Shown piece by piece: positions 27,109 to 36,134 of a DNA stretch of 64,000 nt. The stretch's first letter is position 1; every line of letters begins with the position of its first letter. This DNA is from a virus. The notes under the pieces were generated by a model, which saw only the letters and a program-made list of their open reading frames with translations, was not told the origin of the DNA and made no database searches. The DNA lies in IMG/VR virus record IMGVR_UViG_3300050343_000163; one strand, given 5' to 3'. The position numbers and the translations under genes are program-made.

Positions 27109-27272
27109 TTTGATACAGAATATTGTTCTTTATAAGTGTTAAGTTTCTGAATTAAGTCGTTATATTCATCCCACATGTATTCAGAACCTGTCTTCTCTTG
27201 ATAGAGTTGGCAGGCTTTAACTAAACGTGTGATGTCGCTATCGTTTAAACGCATTGTCATATCAGAACTCAT
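27105..27272 (-). CDS. Hypothetical protein, 55 aa
   Basis: Hand translation MSSDMTMRLNDSDITRLVKACQLYQEKTGSEYMWDEY...; ATGA overlap with petE. Confidence 0.75.
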   Translation of the reverse strand: MSSDMTMRLNDSDITRLVKACQLYQEKTGSEYMWDEYNDLIQKLNTYKEQYSVSK

Positions 27273-27333
27273 AATGTAATTATAGATTGTGTGGGTAAAA
27301 TTGCTTTATTTTAACATACTTTTAATAAGTATG

Positions 27334-27648
27334 TCAGCAATTCCACGCACGTAATGATTTGTTGATCCTACTATCAGGATCACTGGCAGTTTTCTTTGAA
27401 GTTAATTTCTTTTTCATTCCTTTCATTCGAGCGCAAAACGATGCCCTACGGGGATTTCCAGCCTTCTTGCTTGGTGCCTTGAGGTCAGATCCTGGATTTT
27501 CCTTCTCGTAAGACTTTCGTCCTTTCTCGTTAAGTCCACCTTCTTTTGATTTGCCAGCCTTTTTTGTCCAGGCTGCACTTTCTAAAATCTCGTTCTCCTG
27601 AGCTTTGGCAGACTCAGCGAGTCTTTTAAATTCTTCGTATTTTTTCAT
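27334..27648 (-). CDS. Lys-rich basic protein (DUF6321-like)
   Basis: GGLNEKGRKSY, RRASFCARM, SRINKSLRAWNC; late box CTAAATA at 27673-27679. Confidence 0.7.
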   Translation of the reverse strand: MKKYEEFKRLAESAKAQENEILESAAWTKKAGKSKEGGLNEKGRKSYEKENPGSDLKAPSKKAGNPRRASFCARMKGMKKKLTSKKTASDPDSRINKSLRAWNC

Positions 27649-27675
27649 ACCAAGTATCAGGGTTAACTGGATTAT

Positions 27676-28083
27676 TTAGCGTTTTCCACCACTCATATCT
27701 TTTAACATCTTCTGTAGTTCTGATGTAGAACCTACAAACATAGCATTATTAGTAACCTTAGATGGACCTTTCTTTTCTTCGTCTAAGTCTTTCATATTCT
27801 TATGCAACGCTTGAAGTTTCTCTGTCATGTCTGCGACGTGCTTCATTGCCGCTACAGCGACTTCATACGCTCTTGGGTGCCCTGACTCCTGAGCAACCTC
27901 TAAAGCGCCTCTGACCGCCTCCTGACCCTGATCTATGAGTGAGTACAATTCTCCGCGAGTATATTCATAGTCTTTTGTTTGATCATCCTTGTCATTTTTA
28001 TGACCCGCAGGTTTGATAGGTTGCGACTCAACATCAACACTGATGTTTAGCATCTCCTCCATGTTATCTTCTAAGCTACTCAT
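27676..28083 (-). CDS. gp16: Terminase small subunit
   Basis: DYEYTRGELY, HPRAYEVA, NNAMFVGSTSELQKML. Confidence 0.93.
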   Translation of the reverse strand: MSSLEDNMEEMLNISVDVESQPIKPAGHKNDKDDQTKDYEYTRGELYSLIDQGQEAVRGALEVAQESGHPRAYEVAVAAMKHVADMTEKLQALHKNMKDLDEEKKGPSKVTNNAMFVGSTSELQKMLKDMSGGKR

Positions 28084-28880
28084 AATATCTGAATCCCTTC
28101 ATTAAATCCAAAGTCATCACCAGAGTCTAACAATGCAGTATCTGCTGCATCAATATTACCATCAGTATTAATATCTGTTTTGGCAACTGGTGTATATGTT
28201 CGTGTAATTGCTCTACGATTAACTGCAGCATCACCAAGTGTTTCATGAATGATTGCTTTCTTAATAACGTCAGCAGTATTGTAAGGACCGTACAGATAAG
28301 ACTTCATTGTAAAGTTGAGAGTATAGATGATATATCTACGCTCATAAAAACTGTCATCCCATTCATCTTCGTAGCTAACATTGTTCAGAACAATAGCAAT
28401 ATCTCTTTTCTCATCCATATCAGGAATCATATTGAGAGTTATAGAAAATGATGGTTGAAAGTATGGTAAGATTTGTTCAGTAATTTGTAATGCATCATCT
28501 TGAGATTTTGCCATTACTCCTAATTCAAAACTTAAATTATAAGGAACAGGCACATACTGCACTCTTACTTCACCACCATTACCATCAATGATAGTTTTGT
28601 ATTTTTGAATTGGAGATGTCTTACGAGTTGAATCATAGTCAATACTAGTCATCTCAAAATACAATCTTGGTAAAGTGATTGCTACTTTTCTATTAGATGC
28701 GTTCTCTTCTAGTCTAACAATAAACTTTTGTTTAGGACCATATGCCAATGGTACTTTTAATTCTTCTAAAACAGAACCATCGCTAGGATCTGTACTCTTC
28801 ATAGTAATATTATTGAAGAGCGTACCAAACGCTACAATGTTCTTGCGAACAATTTGATTATAAAAATGTGATCCTAACAT
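28080..28880 (-). CDS. gp15: Tail sheath stabiliser / tail terminator
   Basis: FGTLFN, VPLAYGPKQKF, PVPYNL, EQILPYFQP. Confidence 0.95.
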   Translation of the reverse strand: MLGSHFYNQIVRKNIVAFGTLFNNITMKSTDPSDGSVLEELKVPLAYGPKQKFIVRLEENASNRKVAITLPRLYFEMTSIDYDSTRKTSPIQKYKTIIDGNGGEVRVQYVPVPYNLSFELGVMAKSQDDALQITEQILPYFQPSFSITLNMIPDMDEKRDIAIVLNNVSYEDEWDDSFYERRYIIYTLNFTMKSYLYGPYNTADVIKKAIIHETLGDAAVNRRAITRTYTPVAKTDINTDGNIDAADTALLDSGDDFGFNEGIQIL

Positions 28881-30004
28881 TAGATACTACCTGTAAAATT
28901 ACCAAATTCACCAAATGGGTTTCCTTCACTCCAATCTACGATATTGTCAGCATCATTTTCGATCTGTCTATTTTGATCGTAGTTGCTGTTGACGTTATTT
29001 AGAGTGTCGAAAGTTTCTGGACTCCACTTAGCACCTGAAGTTAAACCAGTGATTACTTCAGCAGTGGTGAATGTTCCAGTTCTATTGATGACTGACAGAG
29101 CTCTGGTTGTGCTATCCCAAGACTTGACTTCTGCTCTATTGTCTTTAGGTGAGTAATCAATAGTAATAGTAGGAGCGGAGGTATAACCACTACCTGCACT
29201 AGTGATAGTAATACCATTGACGATACCAGTGCTACTAACTGTTGCAGTCGCTGTTGCACCTGTACCTCCTCCTCCAGTGATAGTTACTGATGGTGGCGTA
29301 GCAACTTTGTAATGTGCTCCACCATCTGAAATTGTAATACTTGTTACAGCATCTCCTGTGATAGCAGATGTTGCTTTTGCTAAGAACTCATCACCAACAA
29401 CTTCCTCACCTACTGTGAAGTCTCCTGAACCACCAGGATCCATTACCAGTTTGATTGCATTGTCAAAGAGTTGTTCTATTGCATCAATCTCAGTAATTCC
29501 AGTATCAAAGTCATCACTACCAACCTCATAGATCTCAGCAGTGATAGCATAGAATTGGATCTTACCAAATTGGAAGAATGGTTCTTCCTTACCAACAAAT
29601 TTAATTTCGTAAATGTCTTGTGTTAATGGGAAGTACAGTAAGTCCCCTTCATTAGGTCTAGAACTTACTGTGAGATTGGGATTATGATCTGCTACCTCTT
29701 CATCCCAACGTCTTGTAGACACACGGAAGATAATTTCGTCTGTAATTCTTAAACCGAACTTGGAGATGAACTCAGAGTTGTCACCAAAACCCATGACGTT
29801 CTGTAACAACATCTCAATTTGGAATTGTTCTTGATACTTAGTGTATCTAACTTCATCCAGAGTGCTGTCTTGTAGAACTATCTTGGGGATATAGTAAATA
29901 TCTGTACCAAACAGTTTGATTTGCTCATCCACAAGATCCTGAACGAGACCTTGTTCGCCACTGTGACCTTGATAGTATGTTGGAAAATAGGAACTGGTAG
30001 GCAT
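28880..30004 (-). CDS. gp14: Neck protein
   Basis: EQIKLFGTDIYYIP, SKFGL, PNEGDLLYFP, FFQFGK, NPFG. Confidence 0.94.
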   Translation of the reverse strand: MPTSSYFPTYYQGHSGEQGLVQDLVDEQIKLFGTDIYYIPKIVLQDSTLDEVRYTKYQEQFQIEMLLQNVMGFGDNSEFISKFGLRITDEIIFRVSTRRWDEEVADHNPNLTVSSRPNEGDLLYFPLTQDIYEIKFVGKEEPFFQFGKIQFYAITAEIYEVGSDDFDTGITEIDAIEQLFDNAIKLVMDPGGSGDFTVGEEVVGDEFLAKATSAITGDAVTSITISDGGAHYKVATPPSVTITGGGGTGATATATVSSTGIVNGITITSAGSGYTSAPTITIDYSPKDNRAEVKSWDSTTRALSVINRTGTFTTAEVITGLTSGAKWSPETFDTLNNVNSNYDQNRQIENDADNIVDWSEGNPFGEFGNFTGSI

Positions 30005-30005
30005 T

Positions 30006-30827
30006 TTATCCGATCATATCCATAGGGGGAATTGCATACTTACTGAGAACTTCGCTTTCGATTTTCTCAATTTCTGCTAGTGCGTCTGTATATAACTCTC
30101 TACCGTTAAGCGTGATGCCGCCAGGTAACTGAACGTTGTTGTACTTAATTAAGTTCTGACCCCACTGCTTCTTTAACAAAGCTGTGGCATACCGTTTAAC
30201 AAACAAATCATTGTACATCTCAGTAGCATCATTGGGGTCAATCATGCGATGACATTCAATAAGGATATTAGATTCTTTTTTCAAGAAATCCTTATCTAGA
30301 TCCATATAAAGACGATCACGACGTGCTGTGAATCTAAACTGCTGGAAACTTCCATTGTTTAGAACCATATCTAGAGTTTCTAGATATTGCTTAGTCATAT
30401 AATAGTTGAGGATATCAAGTGATCCAAATGCATAGAGATCATTCAGGAACATTTGATACTCAATACCAAATAGATTTGAACGGATTGAGTTACTGACAAG
30501 ACCAAATACTTTACTAATACCAGTTACATGGGATGGTATAGGTATATAATTTGTAGTCTCTTTCCAAGTTACAGTATCGGCCCCATCTGTTTTGGTTGTG
30601 GATACACTAGCTGCAAACCTAGTTTTATCGTCTTCAGTTAATTCGTGATATAAAAAAGCACGCTCCATACCGTTGTAACAGTTCTCTTGAAAAAACTGAA
30701 CGGTATCATCAATTACATTATTTACCTGTTCGTCATCAACATTAACCTGCAATACAGGTTCACCCAATTGCCTCTTGCAATATGTGATGAGATCAGCTCT
30801 TGAGTTTGGAGATGCCATTACACACAA
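30006..30827 (-). CDS. gp13: Neck protein
   Basis: YCKRQLGEPV, KQWGQNLIKY, LPGGITLNG; CTAAATA at 30844-30850. Confidence 0.95.
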   Translation of the reverse strand: MCVMASPNSRADLITYCKRQLGEPVLQVNVDDEQVNNVIDDTVQFFQENCYNGMERAFLYHELTEDDKTRFAASVSTTKTDGADTVTWKETTNYIPIPSHVTGISKVFGLVSNSIRSNLFGIEYQMFLNDLYAFGSLDILNYYMTKQYLETLDMVLNNGSFQQFRFTARRDRLYMDLDKDFLKKESNILIECHRMIDPNDATEMYNDLFVKRYATALLKKQWGQNLIKYNNVQLPGGITLNGRELYTDALAEIEKIESEVLSKYAIPPMDMIG

Positions 30828-30846
30828 AAAATCCCTTCGTTCCTAT

Positions 30847-31077
30847 TTAGGAAGGTTCGATGCTTGCAGGTGATGCTTCAGTAGGAGGTTCTGTAGGTTC
30901 TTCCTGTCCCTCTCCAGAAAGTAATCCAATAGTCTCTAGACCACCTTCTAGTTTAATTTTATATTCTTTTGCTTTCGCTAAGTTTGTTTCCAGTTCGCCA
31001 ATTTGCTTTACAGTAGTAGCAATTTGTTCTTCAAAATTCTTTTTGAGTTGTTCGGGATCCATGGTCATTATTATCAA
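30847..31077 (-). CDS. Small coiled-coil protein, 76 aa
   Basis: Heptad pattern; own late box GATAAATA at 31096-31103. Confidence 0.7.
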   Translation of the reverse strand: MIIMTMDPEQLKKNFEEQIATTVKQIGELETNLAKAKEYKIKLEGGLETIGLLSGEGQEEPTEPPTEASPASIEPS

Positions 31078-31101
31078 ATATGATATTGTATACTGTATTT
31101 A

Positions 31102-31743
31102 TCATGTTGGAGAAACCCTATATGAATACTTATCATCAACAATTAATGAAGGCATGAAATTCATAGAGATAGAAACTCTACCATCTTTTCTGTTATCAGA
31201 ATAACCATGGGTAAGATTAGATTGCCATAGCATCACCTCTCCTTCAGAAGGGTGCATGATAACATCACAGTTATATTTCCCTAGCTTATTCATGTCTGGT
31301 AGCAATGAAATTGATGGTGCTTGTGAATGAGTAGAACCATCTGGATGTCTGAAAAATAATGGTGCATGTCCTTCTTCATGACAAACATAATATGTTCCAG
31401 ATATAAATGCATTAGTATGAAAATGTGGATACTGACTTCCACCAGTATCACATAAATTTAACCAGCTATCAGTAATAATCATTCTCTCAGGAAGATCATA
31501 TCCCAAATCATCAGCAACAAAAGAAGTACATTGATCTTCTAACCACTGTTTAAATTCTGACATTTCTTTTCTGTGTAGAAATGATCTACCAGATGTATTG
31601 TCGTAATGATGTAGGTTGTTATCCATTGCATTAGTGATCATATTTTCACCTGTCATCATGTCGATAATTTCTTTCTTTACAACATCACTATTTGGGTAAA
31701 GTTCTCTACCAATAACTTTAGGAAAAATATCAATTAAATTCAT
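31102..31743 (-). CDS. 2OG-Fe(II) oxygenase-like protein
   Basis: DSWLN, PHFHTNAFISGTYY, LWQSNLTHG, RVSISMN; TAATG overlap with the upstream stop. Confidence 0.85.
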   Translation of the reverse strand: MNLIDIFPKVIGRELYPNSDVVKKEIIDMMTGENMITNAMDNNLHHYDNTSGRSFLHRKEMSEFKQWLEDQCTSFVADDLGYDLPERMIITDSWLNLCDTGGSQYPHFHTNAFISGTYYVCHEEGHAPLFFRHPDGSTHSQAPSISLLPDMNKLGKYNCDVIMHPSEGEVMLWQSNLTHGYSDNRKDGRVSISMNFMPSLIVDDKYSYRVSPT

Positions 31744-33437
31744 TATTTTTTTAATACAAAAATGTTTATTCCATTCCACCAAGAATTTGTATCTTCAATT
31801 TCACCAGTAAGAATACTTCTTTCATACAAAACTGTAATCTTATTCTCTTCAATAAAATCTTTTGTCGATGTCAATACACCATCAAGGTTTGCATCATCAA
31901 CCACTAATATAAATTCATTCTCTGTATATTGAAGAATGTGATTTAAACAACTTCTCTGTACATTCAATTCATGATCTGCGTCATAAAAAATAGTATTTAC
32001 TTTTTTATCTAAATTTTCTTCTGTAGCTTCACGGATATCACCATTTAAAATTGCAATGTTGCTGTTGTCTGTCCATACAGATTTTACATTCTCAATGAAA
32101 GTTTCAATAGATCCTTCTTCATCATCCCATGGAATGTCTTCTCTGATTGGTTTGATATCTACATCACGCCAATGATCTGCTGCATAAGCAGTAATATCAT
32201 TACCTTGAATTGCTGCACAGAATGTGCTGCCATTAAACACACCAATTTCTAGATACTTTGTATCCTCGTAAGAACATAGATTGTTGAGGAAGTGCCTTAC
32301 CTTATCAGAAGTTAGACCCTGAATGTCGTGATCAAATTTTGACTTCCCTTCAATAGCTTTATCAATAGAGTCTAAACATCTGGTTACAAATGGGTGACAT
32401 ACTCTCTCTTGTTTTTTAAGATGTGCTTCAACAACTGTATCGCAATAATTACATTCCCAGCAATCAAATTTACAATTTTTAATTTTATCTCTCCATATAT
32501 CAATGGGACGATCTTTCATATTAAGATCTTCCATGTATACATTCATACGTGGGAAGAGAATTTCATCACCATCATTCCATTTTTTAATGATGTCCATAGA
32601 CTCCATTAATCTGATAGCACTTTCTCTACCATGCATTTTAAATACATCAATACCTAGATCAAGAAACTCTTGCCAGTCTTCTCTCCATGGCGGAATGTTT
32701 GCTGCTTTAAGAGATGCTGATGATTCTGTTACATCCCAAGTAGAACAAGATACTCTACTGATTTCAGAATTAAAATATTGAGGACTATCATCTCTTGTGG
32801 CATTGTATTGATAATGCTCTGGCATAATAGGACAACCACCCCAGCAATTTTCATTAGCTAGCAATGATAGTTTTACTGGTTTATCAATAGATGCACAATA
32901 TTCTTTTGCTTCGATAACTCTATTGAGAGCATCTTTATCTCTCATTAAATCTCTATCAAGATTTACATAGTGAAATCCTGCTCTAGCACAAGCAACAATT
33001 TCATTTGCTTTTGTGACTTCTCTAAGGATTGTGTTTTTGATAAACAGTTCAGGAAATTCTCTTTGAATTTGTCCTGAAGAAACCCATGATGTATGAGGTA
33101 GAGTTACAATACGAACACCCTTATCATACAAAGGTTTAAAATTTTCTATCCACAGATCTAGATTTTTTTGATCTGGTCTAATCCACATGTTATTAAATGT
33201 GGCAGACAAAGGAATACCTGTCTCTTGAGAAATAAACAATGCATTTCTTGTAGTTCCACTAACAGGATCAACTACAAAAATATCACCCATCGCATCCTGA
33301 TTAAAAGGAGGAATACGACAGGTAAAATATAGATCGTAAATTAAATGTTTATGCTCAATGAGGAATGGTATAAAAGTCTCCTCAGCAAATTTTTTATTGA
33401 TCTTCGGGTTGATCGGCAGACTGAAGACGCTTGTCAT
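31743..33437 (-). CDS. U32-family (Fe-S) domain fused to a class I SAM methyltransferase
   Basis: N-terminal ANENCWGGCP, SC, GIDVFKMHGRE, CKFDCWECNYC; C-terminal YLEIGVFNGST, IFYDADH, VVDDAN. Confidence 0.75.
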   Translation of the reverse strand: MTSVFSLPINPKINKKFAEETFIPFLIEHKHLIYDLYFTCRIPPFNQDAMGDIFVVDPVSGTTRNALFISQETGIPLSATFNNMWIRPDQKNLDLWIENFKPLYDKGVRIVTLPHTSWVSSGQIQREFPELFIKNTILREVTKANEIVACARAGFHYVNLDRDLMRDKDALNRVIEAKEYCASIDKPVKLSLLANENCWGGCPIMPEHYQYNATRDDSPQYFNSEISRVSCSTWDVTESSASLKAANIPPWREDWQEFLDLGIDVFKMHGRESAIRLMESMDIIKKWNDGDEILFPRMNVYMEDLNMKDRPIDIWRDKIKNCKFDCWECNYCDTVVEAHLKKQERVCHPFVTRCLDSIDKAIEGKSKFDHDIQGLTSDKVRHFLNNLCSYEDTKYLEIGVFNGSTFCAAIQGNDITAYAADHWRDVDIKPIREDIPWDDEEGSIETFIENVKSVWTDNSNIAILNGDIREATEENLDKKVNTIFYDADHELNVQRSCLNHILQYTENEFILVVDDANLDGVLTSTKDFIEENKITVLYERSILTGEIEDTNSWWNGINIFVLKK

Positions 33438-34170
33438 TGAGTTGGTCACGGATTTGATCTAGGAGAGGGATGTTAAGGTTGTGTTCTACACCATGGAATG
33501 TAGGAACTTGAACGTCAGGAGATTCTGCATATGCTTGAAAATACTTCTCTGTTCTTCCTTGAATCTTATCCATAGAGATCTTCATCAAACAAGCATACTG
33601 AGATGCAACATCAAGAATACCAACTTGATCTTCTTCTTTCATCATAGCAATAGAATCCATGTTGCCAATACCGACTCTACCATTTGCCATAATATCTAAA
33701 GCAGCTTGTTTACCAAGTCTTGCAATCCAATACTTTCTTTCATCTTCTTCATCCCATTCAACTGAATCCAATAGATCTTGTTTTGTTAGACCTTTGTCTT
33801 TAATATAATCTATGAAAACTTGAAGTTCATATTCTGCTTGACCCTTTCTTCTATTCCACATTTCTTTATCGAGTTCAGCAAACTCAACTTCAGCTGCAGC
33901 AAATTCAATATCAAACTCATCTCCATCTTCTGCTTGGAGTTTCTCTAGTAAAGCTTTATCACGACGCAAACGAATATCTCCCTTCTTTTCATCGAGGAGC
34001 ATTTTTTCATATTGATGTGATCGATTCTCGATCTCTAACAAAACTTGTTTTAGTTGTCGATCTTCTGTGACATGTGATTTGATCACATAGTCTAAAATTT
34101 GATTCTTCGACATACCAAGAGATACTCTTACAGCAATATCTCTAATTTCTTTATCTGTAATTACACCCAT
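33394..34170 (-). CDS. Coiled-coil hypothetical protein, 258 aa
   Basis: All-alpha charged sequence with a conserved-looking YWIARLGKQAALD segment. Confidence 0.8.
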   Translation of the reverse strand: MGVITDKEIRDIAVRVSLGMSKNQILDYVIKSHVTEDRQLKQVLLEIENRSHQYEKMLLDEKKGDIRLRRDKALLEKLQAEDGDEFDIEFAAAEVEFAELDKEMWNRRKGQAEYELQVFIDYIKDKGLTKQDLLDSVEWDEEDERKYWIARLGKQAALDIMANGRVGIGNMDSIAMMKEEDQVGILDVASQYACLMKISMDKIQGRTEKYFQAYAESPDVQVPTFHGVEHNLNIPLLDQIRDQLNDKRLQSADQPEDQ

Positions 34171-34190
34171 AATAAATCAAAAAATAATGA

Positions 34191-34955
34191 TTAGAACTTG
34201 ATACCAGGAATTACCTCATCTCTAATTAAAACACCCTGTTCGTTTTGGGTGTATTTATTTTCTTCTTTTGCCTGTTGTTCTGGCATTGGAAGACCAAGGT
34301 AGTTCTCATATAACCTATTTATCTTCCTAATTGTATCGCAATCTGAGAACTCTTTTTTAATTTCTGAAGACTTAATGTAGAGTGCTTTTACATTTCTGTT
34401 GTAAGCATTTCTTTTTTCTTGAATTTTTGTTTTTAAATCAACTGGAGCTACACCCTTTGCTACTGACAATTCTCTGATGATGTAATCATTATTATTATCT
34501 ACATCGTCATTTTGATATTCCCATGTCTTTTTCTCTAGTGCAGAAACACCTTCGTCTAAAGCTAAGAACCTTTGTTCAAAAGTTTGTTCTACAATTAACT
34601 TTGCTAGGAACTTCATAGTTCTTAGAATAGTATCATATCTCTTTTGTGTGACAGGAACTGCTACTTTAGGTCCTTCAGGTGCCATATCAGCATAAGATAG
34701 ATTATCAAAATCTGCCTCATTTTTTAAATCATCAGCAGGAACTTTAATGGTAGAACGAATATCACCAAGACTTCTCATACCAAATACTGCCATCTCTTTA
34801 TCCATCTCGACAAATCTGTCTGATAAAGAATTTATACCATTTACGTCTTCAGAATCCAACGAGAAAACATACCAATCAAGAACAGAGTTGATTGGTTGGT
34901 ATGTAAGTAATTTTGTTAGATCGGGGAGTTTACCAACGAAATATCTTTTTGTCAT
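34191..34955 (-). CDS. Putative tail-fibre assembly chaperone-like protein
   Basis: EKKTWEYQ...ELSVAKGVAPVDLKTKIQEKRNAY resembles the W..Q...L..A.G...L..KI..K...Y fibre-assembly pattern; directly downstream of a fibre-like gene. Confidence 0.5.
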   Translation of the reverse strand: MTKRYFVGKLPDLTKLLTYQPINSVLDWYVFSLDSEDVNGINSLSDRFVEMDKEMAVFGMRSLGDIRSTIKVPADDLKNEADFDNLSYADMAPEGPKVAVPVTQKRYDTILRTMKFLAKLIVEQTFEQRFLALDEGVSALEKKTWEYQNDDVDNNNDYIIRELSVAKGVAPVDLKTKIQEKRNAYNRNVKALYIKSSEIKKEFSDCDTIRKINRLYENYLGLPMPEQQAKEENKYTQNEQGVLIRDEVIPGIKF

Positions 34956-34957
34956 GC

Positions 34958-36103
34958 TTATACTCCTGTGTAACCGCTAGCTAGTGTACCATATTCAATA
35001 GCAGCACCCGATGCTCTACCAGGTGTTCCCTGAGAGTTGAGACTGCCATTTAATCCAAATGAGTGTGTGGAGAAACTTACTTGACCACCAGTATTGTTCT
35101 GACCACCATCATACATACCGTTCATAAATCCATGTGTCATTCCCGTATGGAATGTTTCTTCACCAGTAGTTGCTGGTTTACTAACAGATCCTAGGTTAGA
35201 ACCAGTAGTGTCATCTCTTCTTGAAAGTGCAGCGTTGGTTTGGTAACCACCTGCAGTGTTCCAATAAGAGAAATTAAGACGTGAGTTCCAAGTCTTGTTA
35301 GTTCCATCAGTGCCAGGAGCAGAACTCCAACCAGACCACGATTGAGTTGACCAGTCAAAGCTGTATCCATTACCACCTTGCTTATACCAACCTTTAGTTT
35401 CGCCATAACCACATGCAGGGTTATCACCACCAGTAGATCCGCCGCCACTAACAGTTGATACACTGTCATTAGTTAAGTCGTATCTGTCTGGGTTGTTGTT
35501 ATTGTTTCCACAAACATATGCATACTTAAAGTCTCTCTTCATAACAGAAGTTCTGTTTCTTGAAGTCTGCATCGATGTTGCAGCACCAGCATTGGACTCA
35601 GTGACCATGCTGAAACTAGAAACATAGTTACCAGTATTGTTCCAACCGTTTGCTGTGCAGAAAACATATGCTCTCATAGCAGAGTTTTGAGCACCTGCTG
35701 TGTATGCGTCAGACTGATCAATTCTGTCGCCAATGTTAGCGTTACTAAACGTAGCATGTGTACAACGGTTGATGTTTCTCCATGCAGCACCACCTCGGTA
35801 ACCTGCTGCTGGATATCCTCTAGTAATATTAAAACCTTCGGCAAACTCAACAATGTTTTCCCAATAAGCGTTAGTACCATCTGATTTCAGTGTGGCTCCA
35901 ACGGTGCTTGAATCACCAGCACTTGCAGGAAATTGCTCTGGTAAAGTTGAAAATGGCGCACCATTTACAAGCAAACTATTACTGCCAATATCAATATTAC
36001 CACCGAAGGTACATGAACCATCCGTATTCAACGAAATGTTGGGATTGGTTGAACTACCTGCGGCGGTATATTTAAGTTGATCTACTCTTAATTCTGATGC
36101 CAT
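34958..36103 (-). CDS. Putative fibre-tip / receptor-binding protein with propeller-like repeats
   Basis: MASELRVDQL N-terminus, GATLKSDGTNAYW linker, about six G/S/T/N/aromatic-rich repeats of about 40 aa. Confidence 0.55.
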   Translation of the reverse strand: MASELRVDQLKYTAAGSSTNPNISLNTDGSCTFGGNIDIGSNSLLVNGAPFSTLPEQFPASAGDSSTVGATLKSDGTNAYWENIVEFAEGFNITRGYPAAGYRGGAAWRNINRCTHATFSNANIGDRIDQSDAYTAGAQNSAMRAYVFCTANGWNNTGNYVSSFSMVTESNAGAATSMQTSRNRTSVMKRDFKYAYVCGNNNNNPDRYDLTNDSVSTVSGGGSTGGDNPACGYGETKGWYKQGGNGYSFDWSTQSWSGWSSAPGTDGTNKTWNSRLNFSYWNTAGGYQTNAALSRRDDTTGSNLGSVSKPATTGEETFHTGMTHGFMNGMYDGGQNNTGGQVSFSTHSFGLNGSLNSQGTPGRASGAAIEYGTLASGYTGV

Positions 36104-36128
36104 GGATAATAGGATCTCCTACCTTTAC

Positions 36129-36134
36129 TATTTA
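36129..36134 (-). promoter_or_regulatory. Late promoter core (TAAATA) heading the accessory cassette
   Basis: CTAAATA overlapping the stop of the 3492-aa gene. Confidence 0.6.

Noticed and set aside
32400-33437. U32 domain as a collagenase-type protease
   Set aside because: The family name is historical; the Cys pattern fits characterised Fe-S hydroxylase members. Protease activity is not excluded but is unsupported.
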